Of a stretch of 64,000 nucleotides of DNA, positions 27,309 through 36,886 are shown piece after piece. Numbering within the stretch: position 1 is the first letter of the stretch; the number at the start of each line of letters is the position of its first letter. Under the pieces are notes generated by a model. That model did no database searches. It was not told the origin of the DNA and saw only the letters and a list, made by a program, of their open reading frames with translations. The stretch covers positions 2,976,001-3,040,000 of the forward strand of contig CAVUSO010000001.1 in NCBI GenBank assembly GCA_963744145.1, in the 5' to 3' direction. This DNA comes from an uncultured cyanobacterium. Its GTDB lineage: Bacteria > Cyanobacteriota > Cyanobacteriia > Cyanobacteriales > CAWUOF01. The translations under genes and the position numbers were made by a program.

Positions 27309-30158
27309 ATGATCAAAAAAATAATAAATAATTATCTGCTCAATCAGAAAATAGATAATGGTTCTGGTAATAGACTTGTTCAAAAAAAAATAAAATCTGA
27401 CTTAATTTTGCCGAAAATCTTTCACCAAGTCCCTCTGCGAACCGTCTTAATTGTGCCTTTTGTGTTACAAATTTTTGTAGCAGTAGGGTTAACGGGGTGG
27501 TTGTCATTACGGAACGGACAGAAAGCAGTTAATGATGTTGCTACTCAGTTACGGAGTGAAATTAGCGATCGCGTCAAACAATATCTGGATAATTACTTAG
27601 AAAAACCTTTCATCATTAATCAACTGAATGCAGATGCGATCAAACGCGGAGATTTGAGCTTAGATTTGAATGACCCAACCTCATTATTACAAGCTCAAAA
27701 GTTACTTTTGCAAGAAATAAAAGTATTTACTTTTACCAGTGCAATTTCTTTGAGTTCAGCACTAGGAGGAGAATTTTTGTCTTATCGGCGACAAAGCATT
27801 AATAAAGAAGATAATTTACTGCAATATACCATTAGCAACAATTCTACTGACTATACTCTTCATACCTACGAGCTAGGTTGGAATGAAATTCCTACTGGAA
27901 AGGTTGAAAAAGATCCTAAAAAATATGATGCTCGACTCCGACCTTTTTACACTGTTGCTGAACAAAAAAAACAACCAACTTGGAACGAAATCTATGTAAA
28001 TCTTACTACACTTCAACCACAGTTGAGTGCGAGCTTTCCGATTTATAACGATCACGGTAAACTCCAAGGTATAGTGTCTAATGCTTTTGTTCTAGACGCG
28101 ATTAGCAAATTTCTAAATAATCTCAAGATTGGGAAATCCGGACAGATTTTTATTATCGAACGATCGGGATTATTAGTAGCAACTTCAACCCAACAACCAC
28201 TCTTTATATTAAGTCAAAAGAAAGGTGAGGAACCACGACGGGTTAAAGCTGGAGACAGTCATGATAGTTTGATTAGTTTAACTACTCAAAATTTAACCCA
28301 AAGATTTGGAAACTTAATTAATATTAAAAATCAACAATCCCTAGAATTTATGCTGTCCAAGCAGCAACATTTTATTCAAGTGATGCCATTTCAAGATGGT
28401 CGAGGACTTGATTGGATAGTAGTGGTCGTGGTGCCAGAATCTGACTTTATGGATCAAATTAATGCTAATACCCAGATTACAGTTTTATTGTGTTTATTAG
28501 CTTTAATTGTAGCCACAGCTATGGGGATATTTACTTCCAATTGGATTGCGGCACCAATTGGTCGGTTGAATCAAGCTAGTGAAGCGATCGCGTCTGGAGA
28601 ATTAGAGCAAAATATCTCTGACTTTCCCGTGCAAGAGCTAAGTGCTTTAGCTAAATCATTTAATCAAATGAGTCAGCAATTAAAGCATTCCTATCAATTC
28701 CTAGAACAACGAGTCCAAGATCGGACAGCCGAACTAGTAATAGCCAAAGAAAAAGCCGATGTAGCTAATCAGGCAAAAAGCACATTTATTGCTAACATGA
28801 GCCACGAATTACGCTCTCCGCTTAACGCTATTCTCGGTTTTGCTCAAATCATGACTCGCTCTCAAAATCTGCCCCGTGAGCATCAAGAAAGTGTGGGGAT
28901 TATCTCCCGGAGTGGGGAACATCTCCTTACTCTGATCAATAATATTCTTGACCTTTCTAAAATTGAAGCAGGTAAAACGACCCTTAATCCTAAAAACTTT
29001 GACCTTCATCGACTCCTGGAAGATATTCATGATATGTTTCAAATCAAGGCTGAAGAGAAAAATTTACAGTTACTCATGGAATATGCTCCTCATCTACCTC
29101 GTTACATCCGAACTGATGATATTAAATTACGTCAAGTGCTAATTAACATCATTAACAATGCTCTCAAATTTACTCAAACTGGAGGGATTTCTGTCAGAGT
29201 AGACCTTGGTGAAACTAAGACCTCATCCCACAGCATTCATTTTGAAATTGAAGATTCTGGAGCGGGGATTGCTCCAGAAGAACTAGGAAATTTATTTGAA
29301 GCATTCACTCAAACTGAGACGGGAAAACAAGCTCAAGAAGGAACAGGTTTAGGATTACCAATTAGTCGTCAATTTGTACATCTGATGGGAGGTGATATTA
29401 CCGTTAAAAGCCAAGTAGAAATTGGCACAACTTTTCTATTTGATATTCAAGTCACTGTCGTCGAAGCTAGCGATGTTACCACTCAACAACCTACGAGTCG
29501 AGTCATTGCTCTTGAACCGAATCAACCCAAATATCGTATTCTCATTGTTGACGACAAACCCCTCAATCGTCAGTTATTAATTAAGCTGCTTTCTCCTTTA
29601 GGATTTGAACTACAGGAAGCAATTAATGGACAAGAAGCTGTCAACATCTGGTCGGAGTGGGAACCCCATTTAATTTGGATGGATATGAGAATGCCAGTGA
29701 TGGATGGTTACACTGCTACCCAAATGATTAAAGCCCATATCAAAGGTCAAGCAACAGCGATTATTGCTCTTACTGCTAGCGTATTAGAAGAAGAAAAAGC
29801 AATGGTATTATCAGCAGGATGTGATGATTTCTTGAGAAAACCTTTCCGAGAGGAAGAAATTTTTAAAGCTATGCACAAACATATTGGTGTCACCTATATT
29901 TATGAAGATTTAACTCCTAATAATCTGGGAGTAAAGCATACAAAAGAGATTTTAACTGTCGCCGAAATGGCTAAATTACCGACGGAGTTATTAGCTCAAC
30001 TTCAAGAAGCAGTGATGTTTTCTGATGAGGATTTAATGGCTAAATTAGTCAATCAAATTACTCATCATAATGAACCTTTAGCACGGGCAATTGAAAATTC
30101 CCTGCATCATTTTGAATATGAAAAGATTTTGAATTTAATTGCAGCAACTCAACCATAA
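27309..30158 (+). CDS. Membrane hybrid sensor histidine kinase (Cache-HAMP-HisKA-HATPase-REC)
   Basis: TM1 [40 protein letters not shown]-boxes, [14 protein letters not shown]. Confidence 0.93.
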   Translation: MIKKIINNYLLNQKIDNGSGNRLVQKKIKSDLILPKIFHQVPLRTVLIVPFVLQIFVAVGLTGWLSLRNGQKAVNDVATQLRSEISDRVKQYLDNYLEKPFIINQLNADAIKRGDLSLDLNDPTSLLQAQKLLLQEIKVFTFTSAISLSSALGGEFLSYRRQSINKEDNLLQYTISNNSTDYTLHTYELGWNEIPTGKVEKDPKKYDARLRPFYTVAEQKKQPTWNEIYVNLTTLQPQLSASFPIYNDHGKLQGIVSNAFVLDAISKFLNNLKIGKSGQIFIIERSGLLVATSTQQPLFILSQKKGEEPRRVKAGDSHDSLISLTTQNLTQRFGNLINIKNQQSLEFMLSKQQHFIQVMPFQDGRGLDWIVVVVVPESDFMDQINANTQITVLLCLLALIVATAMGIFTSNWIAAPIGRLNQASEAIASGELEQNISDFPVQELSALAKSFNQMSQQLKHSYQFLEQRVQDRTAELVIAKEKADVANQAKSTFIANMSHELRSPLNAILGFAQIMTRSQNLPREHQESVGIISRSGEHLLTLINNILDLSKIEAGKTTLNPKNFDLHRLLEDIHDMFQIKAEEKNLQLLMEYAPHLPRYIRTDDIKLRQVLINIINNALKFTQTGGISVRVDLGETKTSSHSIHFEIEDSGAGIAPEELGNLFEAFTQTETGKQAQEGTGLGLPISRQFVHLMGGDITVKSQVEIGTTFLFDIQVTVVEASDVTTQQPTSRVIALEPNQPKYRILIVDDKPLNRQLLIKLLSPLGFELQEAINGQEAVNIWSEWEPHLIWMDMRMPVMDGYTATQMIKAHIKGQATAIIALTASVLEEEKAMVLSAGCDDFLRKPFREEEIFKAMHKHIGVTYIYEDLTPNNLGVKHTKEILTVAEMAKLPTELLAQLQEAVMFSDEDLMAKLVNQITHHNEPLARAIENSLHHFEYEKILNLIAATQP

Positions 30159-30171
30159 AAGAGAGATAAAA

Positions 30172-31521
30172 ATGAATAATAGTCACTGTCAAATTATGGT
30201 AATTGATGATATTCCTGCTAACTTGCACTTACTTACTAATCTTTTAAGAGAAAATGGCTATCTGGTGCGGGCATTTCCTAGTGGAAAGTTAGCTTTAGCC
30301 GCGATTGAAAAAACTTCTCCTAGTTTAATTTTGTTAGATATTTCTATGCCCGAAATGAATGGTTATGAAGTTTGTCAACATCTCAAAGCTAACGAATTTA
30401 CTTGCGATATTCCGGTGATTTTTATCAGCGCTTTGGATGAAGTAATGGATAAGATTAAAGCTTTTAATGTCGGGGGAATAGACTATATCACCAAACCTTT
30501 TCAAGCGGAAGAAATTTTAGCGCGTATTTCTACTCATTTAGAACTAAGTCGCTTGCAAAAAATGCTAAAACAAGAAAATTATCTGCAATCTCAACAGCTA
30601 GCAGAACAAAATCAACAACTCCAATGGATCAATCAGGAATTAGAGCAAGCTAATCAAGAACTCAAACAACAATACTCTCAACTTCAGCAAGCCCAATTGC
30701 AAATTGTGCAAAGTGAAAAAATGTCAGCATTGGGGAATTTAGTTGCTGGTGTTGCCCATGAAATTAACAATCCACTGGGCTGTATTGTTGGCAATATTGA
30801 TGCTGTTCAAAATTATACTATTGATCTATTTGATCTGATCAATCTCTATCGCGAAGAATTCCCCCAACCTAGTCCAAAAATTGAAAATAAATTGGCAGCA
30901 ATTGACCTGGAATATGTCAGTGAAGATTTGCCCAAGCTGATTAAAGCCATGAAAAATGCGGGCGATCGCATTACTTTGATTAGCAATAGTCTTCGCATTT
31001 TTTCCCGTGCTGATCGAGAATGGAAGCAGGAATTTAACCTCCATGAAGGACTCGATAGTACAATTTTAATTTTGCATCATCGTCTCAAAGCAAATGAATA
31101 TCGTCCAGAAATTAAAATTATTACTAATTATGGTAATATTCCTAACCTAAACTGTTTTCCTGGTCAACTTAATCAGGTGTTTATCAATATGATCGCCAAC
31201 GCGATCGATGCTCTAGAAGAATCTAATCAAGGACGTAGCTATCAAGATCTACAAAAAGATCCTAATTATATCACCATTAGCACATCTTGTCACCATCAAT
31301 ATATCCAGATTAGCATTGCTGATAATGGTATTGGTATGACAGAAGCAGTCAAACAACGGATTTTTGAGCATTTATTTACTACGAAAGGTGTGGGTAAAGG
31401 TACGGGATTAGGACTAGCGATCGCCTGGCAAATCGTAGTAGATAAACATGGGGGGAAAATTACCGTCAATTCCACTCCTGGAACAGGAACTGAATTCTTG
31501 TTGGAATTACCAATAGAATGA
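30172..31521 (+). CDS. Response regulator receiver - histidine kinase hybrid
   Basis: VIDD, LLDISMPEMNG, DYITKPF; AHEINNP; HATPase; ATG 30172. Confidence 0.92.
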   Translation: MNNSHCQIMVIDDIPANLHLLTNLLRENGYLVRAFPSGKLALAAIEKTSPSLILLDISMPEMNGYEVCQHLKANEFTCDIPVIFISALDEVMDKIKAFNVGGIDYITKPFQAEEILARISTHLELSRLQKMLKQENYLQSQQLAEQNQQLQWINQELEQANQELKQQYSQLQQAQLQIVQSEKMSALGNLVAGVAHEINNPLGCIVGNIDAVQNYTIDLFDLINLYREEFPQPSPKIENKLAAIDLEYVSEDLPKLIKAMKNAGDRITLISNSLRIFSRADREWKQEFNLHEGLDSTILILHHRLKANEYRPEIKIITNYGNIPNLNCFPGQLNQVFINMIANAIDALEESNQGRSYQDLQKDPNYITISTSCHHQYIQISIADNGIGMTEAVKQRIFEHLFTTKGVGKGTGLGLAIAWQIVVDKHGGKITVNSTPGTGTEFLLELPIE

Positions 31522-31576
31522 AATAGCCCAATTATCGGTATAATGAGTCAATCAAATTCAAGATGGGTCCATTAAT

Positions 31577-33064
31577 ATGAATATCCCACTAATTCAACAA
31601 GCTACAGCAAACGAAGATAAAATTGCTATTGTCACTCCAGAAAAAGCTTATATATATAGGGATTTACTTGAAAATTCTGGTTCAATTGCTACCACTCTGT
31701 TAGGTGAGTTACAGGATTTACAAGAACAGCGAGTCGCTTTTCTCATCCCTCCAGGGTTTGAGTATGTAGTTACTCAATGGGGGATTTGGCGCTCTGGTGC
31801 GATCGCAGTACCTTTGTGTGTTTCCCATCCCCGACCGGAATTAGAGTATGTGATTACCGACTCCGATGTGTCTATCATCATTGCTCATCCTAATTTCGAG
31901 ACTTTATTACGTCCCATTGCCCAATCCCGAGGTTTACGATTTCTGCTCACTTCCGAAACACGCGCTCCATCAATTAGTTCACTTCCAGAAATATCTCTCT
32001 CAAGACGAGCATTAATCCTCTATACTAGTGGCACAACTGGGAAACCCAAAGGAGTAGTCACAACTCATCAAAATATTCAAGCTCAAATTACTAGCTTGAT
32101 TACTGCTTGGGAATGGACATCAACAGATCGAATTTTACATATTCTACCACTTCATCATATTCATGGCATCATTAATGTCCTATCTTGCGCTCTCTGGGTT
32201 GGAGCTGAGTGTCATATTCTCCCTAAGTTTGATGCTCAAATAGTTTGGGAATACATTAGTCAAGGTAATTTAACCTTATTTATGGCTGTACCCACAATTT
32301 ACGTCAAACTCATTGCAGCTTGGGAACAAGCAGATCGCGATCGGCAAAAAATCCTGTCTGCTGGTTGTCAGAAAATGCGTCTCATGGTTTCTGGTTCAGC
32401 AGCTTTACCGATTCAAGTATTAGAAAAATGGCAAAATATCAGCGGTCATTTTCTCCTAGAACGTTATGGAATGACGGAAATAGGAATGGCGTTATCTAAT
32501 CCTTTACATGGTGAACGTTTACCCGGATATGTTGGTAAACCCTTACCCCAAGTAGAAGTGCGTTTAGTTGATGAAAGTGGCAATTTAGCTGCTACTGAAA
32601 TACCAGGAGAAATCCAAGTTAAAGGACCGGGAATTTTTCTTGAATATTGGCAAAAACCAGAAGCAACTACCAAAGCTTTCCATGACGGTTGGTTTGCTAC
32701 AGGTGATCTAGCTGTAGTGGAAAATGACAATTATCGGATCTTAGGAAGAATCAGTGTAGATATTATCAAAACTGGAGGTTATAAAGTTTCTGCACTAGAA
32801 ATTGAAGAAGTTTTGCGGACCCATTTAGAAATTCAAGATTGTGCTGTAGTTGGAGTTATTGATCCAGAATGGGGTGAAAGAGTTTGTGCTGCTTTAGTGT
32901 TGCAACCAGACAGCAATTTAACCTTAGAAACTCTCAGAACTTGGGGAAAAGAACGATTAGCAGTTTATAAAATTCCGACTCAAATTATGATCCTACCAGA
33001 ACTACCTCGTAACGCGATGGGAAAAATCCATAAACCGACTTTATCTAAATTATTTTTGGCTTAA
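31577..33064 (+). CDS. Acyl-CoA synthetase, malonyl-CoA synthetase (MatB/ACSF3)-like
   Basis: YTSGTTGKPKG, LPLHHIHG, ERYGMTE, DIIKTGGYKVSALEIE, PRNAMGK. Confidence 0.85.
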   Translation: MNIPLIQQATANEDKIAIVTPEKAYIYRDLLENSGSIATTLLGELQDLQEQRVAFLIPPGFEYVVTQWGIWRSGAIAVPLCVSHPRPELEYVITDSDVSIIIAHPNFETLLRPIAQSRGLRFLLTSETRAPSISSLPEISLSRRALILYTSGTTGKPKGVVTTHQNIQAQITSLITAWEWTSTDRILHILPLHHIHGIINVLSCALWVGAECHILPKFDAQIVWEYISQGNLTLFMAVPTIYVKLIAAWEQADRDRQKILSAGCQKMRLMVSGSAALPIQVLEKWQNISGHFLLERYGMTEIGMALSNPLHGERLPGYVGKPLPQVEVRLVDESGNLAATEIPGEIQVKGPGIFLEYWQKPEATTKAFHDGWFATGDLAVVENDNYRILGRISVDIIKTGGYKVSALEIEEVLRTHLEIQDCAVVGVIDPEWGERVCAALVLQPDSNLTLETLRTWGKERLAVYKIPTQIMILPELPRNAMGKIHKPTLSKLFLA

Positions 33065-33073
33065 ATAGCACTG

Positions 33074-33553
33074 CTATAACTGAAACAAAGCTGCTAATGC
33101 TATCCCTAAAGCATCAGCAGCATCATCCGGTTTCGGAATATAACCTAAATCTAATTCTCGAGCTACTGCTTGTTGTACTTCTAACTTATCCGCATTACCA
33201 TATCCAGTTAGTGCTTGTTTAATTTGGGCTGGAGTAAATTCGACTAGAGGTAATTTATGCTGTGCTAATACTAACATCATCACTCCCCGAGCTTGAGCAA
33301 CTAAAATAGTATTCCCCATCCGATAGAAAAATAACTTTTCTGTCGCTACTAAATCCGGCTGTATTCCTTTAATTAAAGTATGTAAATCATCATAAATTGT
33401 ACAAAGACGTTGACCTATTTCTTGTTTAGCAGGAGTTTGAATTACACCAAAATCTAACATAATTGGATTATTTTTAGCAGCAATTTGATAAGTAATAGCA
33501 CCAAATCCTAAGGTCGCTAAACCTGGGTCTAATCCCAAAATAATTTTCTTCAT
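33074..33553 (-). CDS. ruvC: Holliday junction resolvase RuvC
   Basis: [36 protein letters not shown]. Confidence 0.95.
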   Translation of the reverse strand: MKKIILGLDPGLATLGFGAITYQIAAKNNPIMLDFGVIQTPAKQEIGQRLCTIYDDLHTLIKGIQPDLVATEKLFFYRMGNTILVAQARGVMMLVLAQHKLPLVEFTPAQIKQALTGYGNADKLEVQQAVARELDLGYIPKPDDAADALGIALAALFQL

Positions 33554-33557
33554 AAAG

Positions 33558-33992
33558 TTAAAAAGAATTAATTAAATAAGTAATCCAATTATGATTTTGA
33601 AACCGTGCTAAACGCCAGGTTTTGCCTTCTGATTGACGCTGTAAATAAATTTCAAAGAAATTTTGCCGTCGGACCTGCTCATCACCAGAGAGCTGTAATT
33701 TCAGATCATAAGTCCCCTGCACATGGAAAGAAGATAAATGCTGAATTTGTAAAGGTTCAAGTAAAGTAATTACGACCTGATCAATTTGCCATTGCTGGGG
33801 TTGGGAAAGCTCCAAATAATGACTGAGTTGCTGTTGTGTTTGACTGAGCTGGAGCGCGATCGCTTGTTTTACCAGTTCTTGATTTGGTTCTAACCCGCTA
33901 ATGCTAAAAGTAACATTACAGGCACTCAGTAAACTAAATAACCACGCGATCGCGATAAGCTGGACGATTTCTTTGACTATTTTAGACATCAA
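33558..33992 (-). CDS. Putative lipoprotein
   Basis: Signal peptide with lipobox LLSAC; C-terminus [17 protein letters not shown]. Confidence 0.65.
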   Translation of the reverse strand: MMSKIVKEIVQLIAIAWLFSLLSACNVTFSISGLEPNQELVKQAIALQLSQTQQQLSHYLELSQPQQWQIDQVVITLLEPLQIQHLSSFHVQGTYDLKLQLSGDEQVRRQNFFEIYLQRQSEGKTWRLARFQNHNWITYLINSF

Positions 33993-34042
33993 TGGTACTC
34001 AAGATAATATAGAGATAGGGCTATTTTAATTGGCAAACCACA

Positions 34043-34732
34043 ATGACAAAACAAAGCATTGGCTTGAACAACCAACTCTATGACTACTTTATGTCCATTT
34101 CTCTCCGTGAACCGGACATCCTACGTCGGTTACGAGAAGAAACTGCTACCCATGAGCTAAGGATAATGCAAGTTGCACCAGAACAAGGTCAATTTATGGC
34201 ACTGTTGGTGCAATTGATGGGAGCAAGCAAAATCTTGGAAATAGGAGTTTTTACTGGTTACAGCTCTCTGTGTCTAGCTCTAGCACTTCCTCCTAATGGG
34301 ACTTTGCTCGCTTGTGATATCAATGAAGAATATACCTCAGTCGCTCGTCGCTATTGGCAAGAAGCAGGAGTCGCAGATAAAATTAGCTTAAAATTGGCAC
34401 CAGCACTAGAAACCCTAGACCAACTTTTAGCCAGTCCTCAAGCTGGAACCTTTGATTTGGTATTCATTGATGCTGATAAAGAAAATTATGAACATTATTA
34501 CGAGCGATCGCTGCAACTAATCCGTAATGGTGGCTTAATTTTGATCGATAATGTCCTTTGGGATGGACAAGTTGCCAATCCGGAAATTCAAGATATCACC
34601 ACTCAGACGATCCGTGACTTTAACGAAAAACTGCGTCATGATGCTAGGGTTACTCTTAGTTTAGTTCCCATTGGCGATGGTTTAACTCTCGCACTCAAAC
34701 GCAGATGGGCGAGTATTTTGGGCGAACAATAA
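34043..34732 (+). CDS. Caffeoyl-CoA-type SAM-dependent O-methyltransferase
   Basis: MQVAPEQGQF, LEIGVFTGYS, FIDADKENY, DNVLWDG, PIGDGL. Confidence 0.92.
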   Translation: MTKQSIGLNNQLYDYFMSISLREPDILRRLREETATHELRIMQVAPEQGQFMALLVQLMGASKILEIGVFTGYSSLCLALALPPNGTLLACDINEEYTSVARRYWQEAGVADKISLKLAPALETLDQLLASPQAGTFDLVFIDADKENYEHYYERSLQLIRNGGLILIDNVLWDGQVANPEIQDITTQTIRDFNEKLRHDARVTLSLVPIGDGLTLALKRRWASILGEQ

Positions 34733-34884
34733 GGTAAATCTGTTCCATTGAGCATTAAGGGAAGTTTTCTAGCAGAGGAGAAAGCTTCACCCATCACGGT
34801 TGCTAGTTTAATTATTATATTTCCTCTGCTCCAATTTTCTCAATCCATTAGTCCGGTGACGATCTCCCAAAAAGTCCCAATCTG

Positions 34885-34926
34885 GTAATAGCTGTTACCA
34901 TAATTTATTTTTTTATTTGATATCAT
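34885..34926 (+). promoter_or_regulatory. NtcA-activated promoter
   Basis: GTA-ATAGCTGT-TAC (34885-34898), exactly 22 nt, then TATCAT (34921-34926): matches GTA-N8-TAC-N22-TA-N3-T. Confidence 0.75.
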
Positions 34927-34961
34927 TGACTAAATAGATAACTAATTTGAAGGAGTCTCCC

Positions 34962-35306
34962 ATGCAATATAGCTTTGGTATATTAGGGATCTCTCCAGTA
35001 TTGGAGTTTTTTACCCATCAGCAAGATGTTGTTCAGCCTCAATCCCCCACTGGTGTAGAATATATCGGTGCCTATAAATGCACTCTTGATGCTGTAATTA
35101 AATCCGTTGAACCTGTCCCACCCAAACGCGGTTGGGATTTAGAGGAAGTCGTGGAAACTGTGATTAATTTTTGGGTGAATAACCCCGATAGTATTTGGTA
35201 CTGGCGCGAACGATTAGAAGATGCAGGCAATGCTAATATATTAGTAGCCAGAATTGGTAATACAAAAGGGTTAAAGGCTGAGTTTGAATCCCTCTTGTTG
35301 AAATAA
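34962..35306 (+). CDS. Hypothetical protein (114 aa), probably nitrogen-regulated
   Basis: RBS AGGAG at 34951-34955, ATG 34962, NtcA promoter directly upstream. Confidence 0.75.
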   Translation: MQYSFGILGISPVLEFFTHQQDVVQPQSPTGVEYIGAYKCTLDAVIKSVEPVPPKRGWDLEEVVETVINFWVNNPDSIWYWRERLEDAGNANILVARIGNTKGLKAEFESLLLK

Positions 35307-35331
35307 TTAAGTCAATCGGGCGATCGCGCTT

Positions 35332-36078
35332 TCAATCTCCGTTTAAAAATTCTAGATAAGTGTTACCCAGTTCTTTTACAGCCAGTTCATAAAACTGTTT
35401 TCCATGTTCTGGTGTCGCTAAAGCTGGATCAGAACCCATTCGACCATCCGGATAGCGACGACGAAAGTCTGTCGGACCATAAATTGCGTGTCCAGAGCCA
35501 ACTTCTGAGGAAAGTTCTGCTTGTTTAATTGCGGCTGGATAGATATACTGAGTTAGTGCTACCTCACTAGGAGTTGCATGGGAACCTTCGCGATCGCCAT
35601 ATAATTTTTTCGCTAATTTATAAACTGAACTGCACATAAACCAATTCCCAATTTGACATTGCACCAGATCAGCATTAGGGATATTTAATTCGGCTAATAC
35701 TGTATAACTTTCTGAAAAAGCTGCTTTGAGAGTAGCAATGTTACCACCATGACCATTAATAAAAAATATCTTGGTAAAACCAGTTTTAGCTAAACAAATC
35801 ACATAATCACGAATTACCTGAATCATGGTACTCGGTCGTAAACTAATCGTACCGGGAAAATTAGTATGATGTAATGCCATCCCCACATTAATTGTTGGAC
35901 CGACTAAAACATCGATCTCTTGACCAATCCCTTGAGCGATCGCTTCAGCACAAATTGTATCTGTACCAATTAATCCGGTTGGTCCATGTTGTTCCGTCGA
36001 ACCAATTGGTAAAATTATCCCTGGAGATTTTTCCAGATAGGTTTCTACTTCTGTCCAAGTGCTTAACTGCAATAGCAT
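35332..36078 (-). CDS. Creatininase-family amidohydrolase
   Basis: PIGSTEQHG, FPGTISL, NGHGGN, HATPSE. Confidence 0.9.
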   Translation of the reverse strand: MLLQLSTWTEVETYLEKSPGIILPIGSTEQHGPTGLIGTDTICAEAIAQGIGQEIDVLVGPTINVGMALHHTNFPGTISLRPSTMIQVIRDYVICLAKTGFTKIFFINGHGGNIATLKAAFSESYTVLAELNIPNADLVQCQIGNWFMCSSVYKLAKKLYGDREGSHATPSEVALTQYIYPAAIKQAELSSEVGSGHAIYGPTDFRRRYPDGRMGSDPALATPEHGKQFYELAVKELGNTYLEFLNGD

Positions 36079-36126
36079 AGAAAATTTATCAGTGGTGTTT
36101 TCTGGTTAAATTTTAGCTTAGATTAA

Positions 36127-36250
36127 TAGACCTCTTGCAAAAGTCCTTATTGATCTATTTATTGACAGGCAAGATGCCTGTCCCACCAGAAAAAATCACT
36201 TTTGTGGGACAGGCATCTTGCCTGTCCTATTTATTTTTGCAAGAGGTCTA
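36127..36250. mobile_element. 124-bp MITE enclosing a REP-like inverted pair
   Basis: Outer IR TAGACCTCTTGCAAAA / TTTTGCAAGAGGTCTA; inner IR GACAGGCAAGATGCCTGTCCCAC / GTGGGACAGGCATCTTGCCTGTC. Confidence 0.85.
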
Positions 36251-36391
36251 ATGAAAATTTTGGTAAAATAGTCAGATTTTGGGCATATTAAAGTTAGAGA
36301 ATTAAGCAGGGAAAGCAAGGTTGTCCTTAGGTATGTAGTTGCGATCAGAGTGTTCTAATCTTTTTTAATAAAATAATTGATCGAGGTGAAT

Positions 36392-36862
36392 ATGATTAAA
36401 ATTTTGGAGCTGACATCTGATGTCTTGGTAATCAAGCATAAACCAAGCTTATTATCACTAATAATAATTGTGATTGTTTTAACATTAATTGTATCGATTT
36501 TCTACCTGTATAGATCAAATATTGCAGAGACAATAGCTTTATTTTTACATTCATCAGTAATGGTAGGTTTCTGGGTTTTATTGCTATCTTCCCAAACCAC
36601 GATCTGGACAGTCGAAAGAGATAAAAATTTATTGACAATCCGCAAAAAATTTCATTCAAGCAAAACCTACTCCCTATCACAAATACAATTAATACATATA
36701 ATTTCCGATCGTTATGATTTAGATGAGTCTTGGTGTGAAATTCAACTGGCTTCTCCCCAGAAATCCGTTAAAATTGATTTAGGAGTTGGGATCTGGACAA
36801 GAAAAGACCAAAAAATCCTGGTTGAATCTATTAGCTCTTTTCTCGGTATCTGCAAAAGTTAA
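36392..36862 (+). CDS. Hypothetical two-TM membrane protein
   Basis: Two hydrophobic segments followed by a beta-rich C-terminus; ATG 36392 after GAGG. Confidence 0.6.
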   Translation: MIKILELTSDVLVIKHKPSLLSLIIIVIVLTLIVSIFYLYRSNIAETIALFLHSSVMVGFWVLLLSSQTTIWTVERDKNLLTIRKKFHSSKTYSLSQIQLIHIISDRYDLDESWCEIQLASPQKSVKIDLGVGIWTRKDQKILVESISSFLGICKS

Positions 36863-36886
36863 CTAAGTAATTCAAAAATATAGTAA

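Noticed and set aside
31577..34732. MatB-like ligase and O-methyltransferase as members of the PKS cluster
   Set aside because: They are more than 11 kb away, outside the direct repeats, among housekeeping genes, and are common stand-alone cyanobacterial genes.
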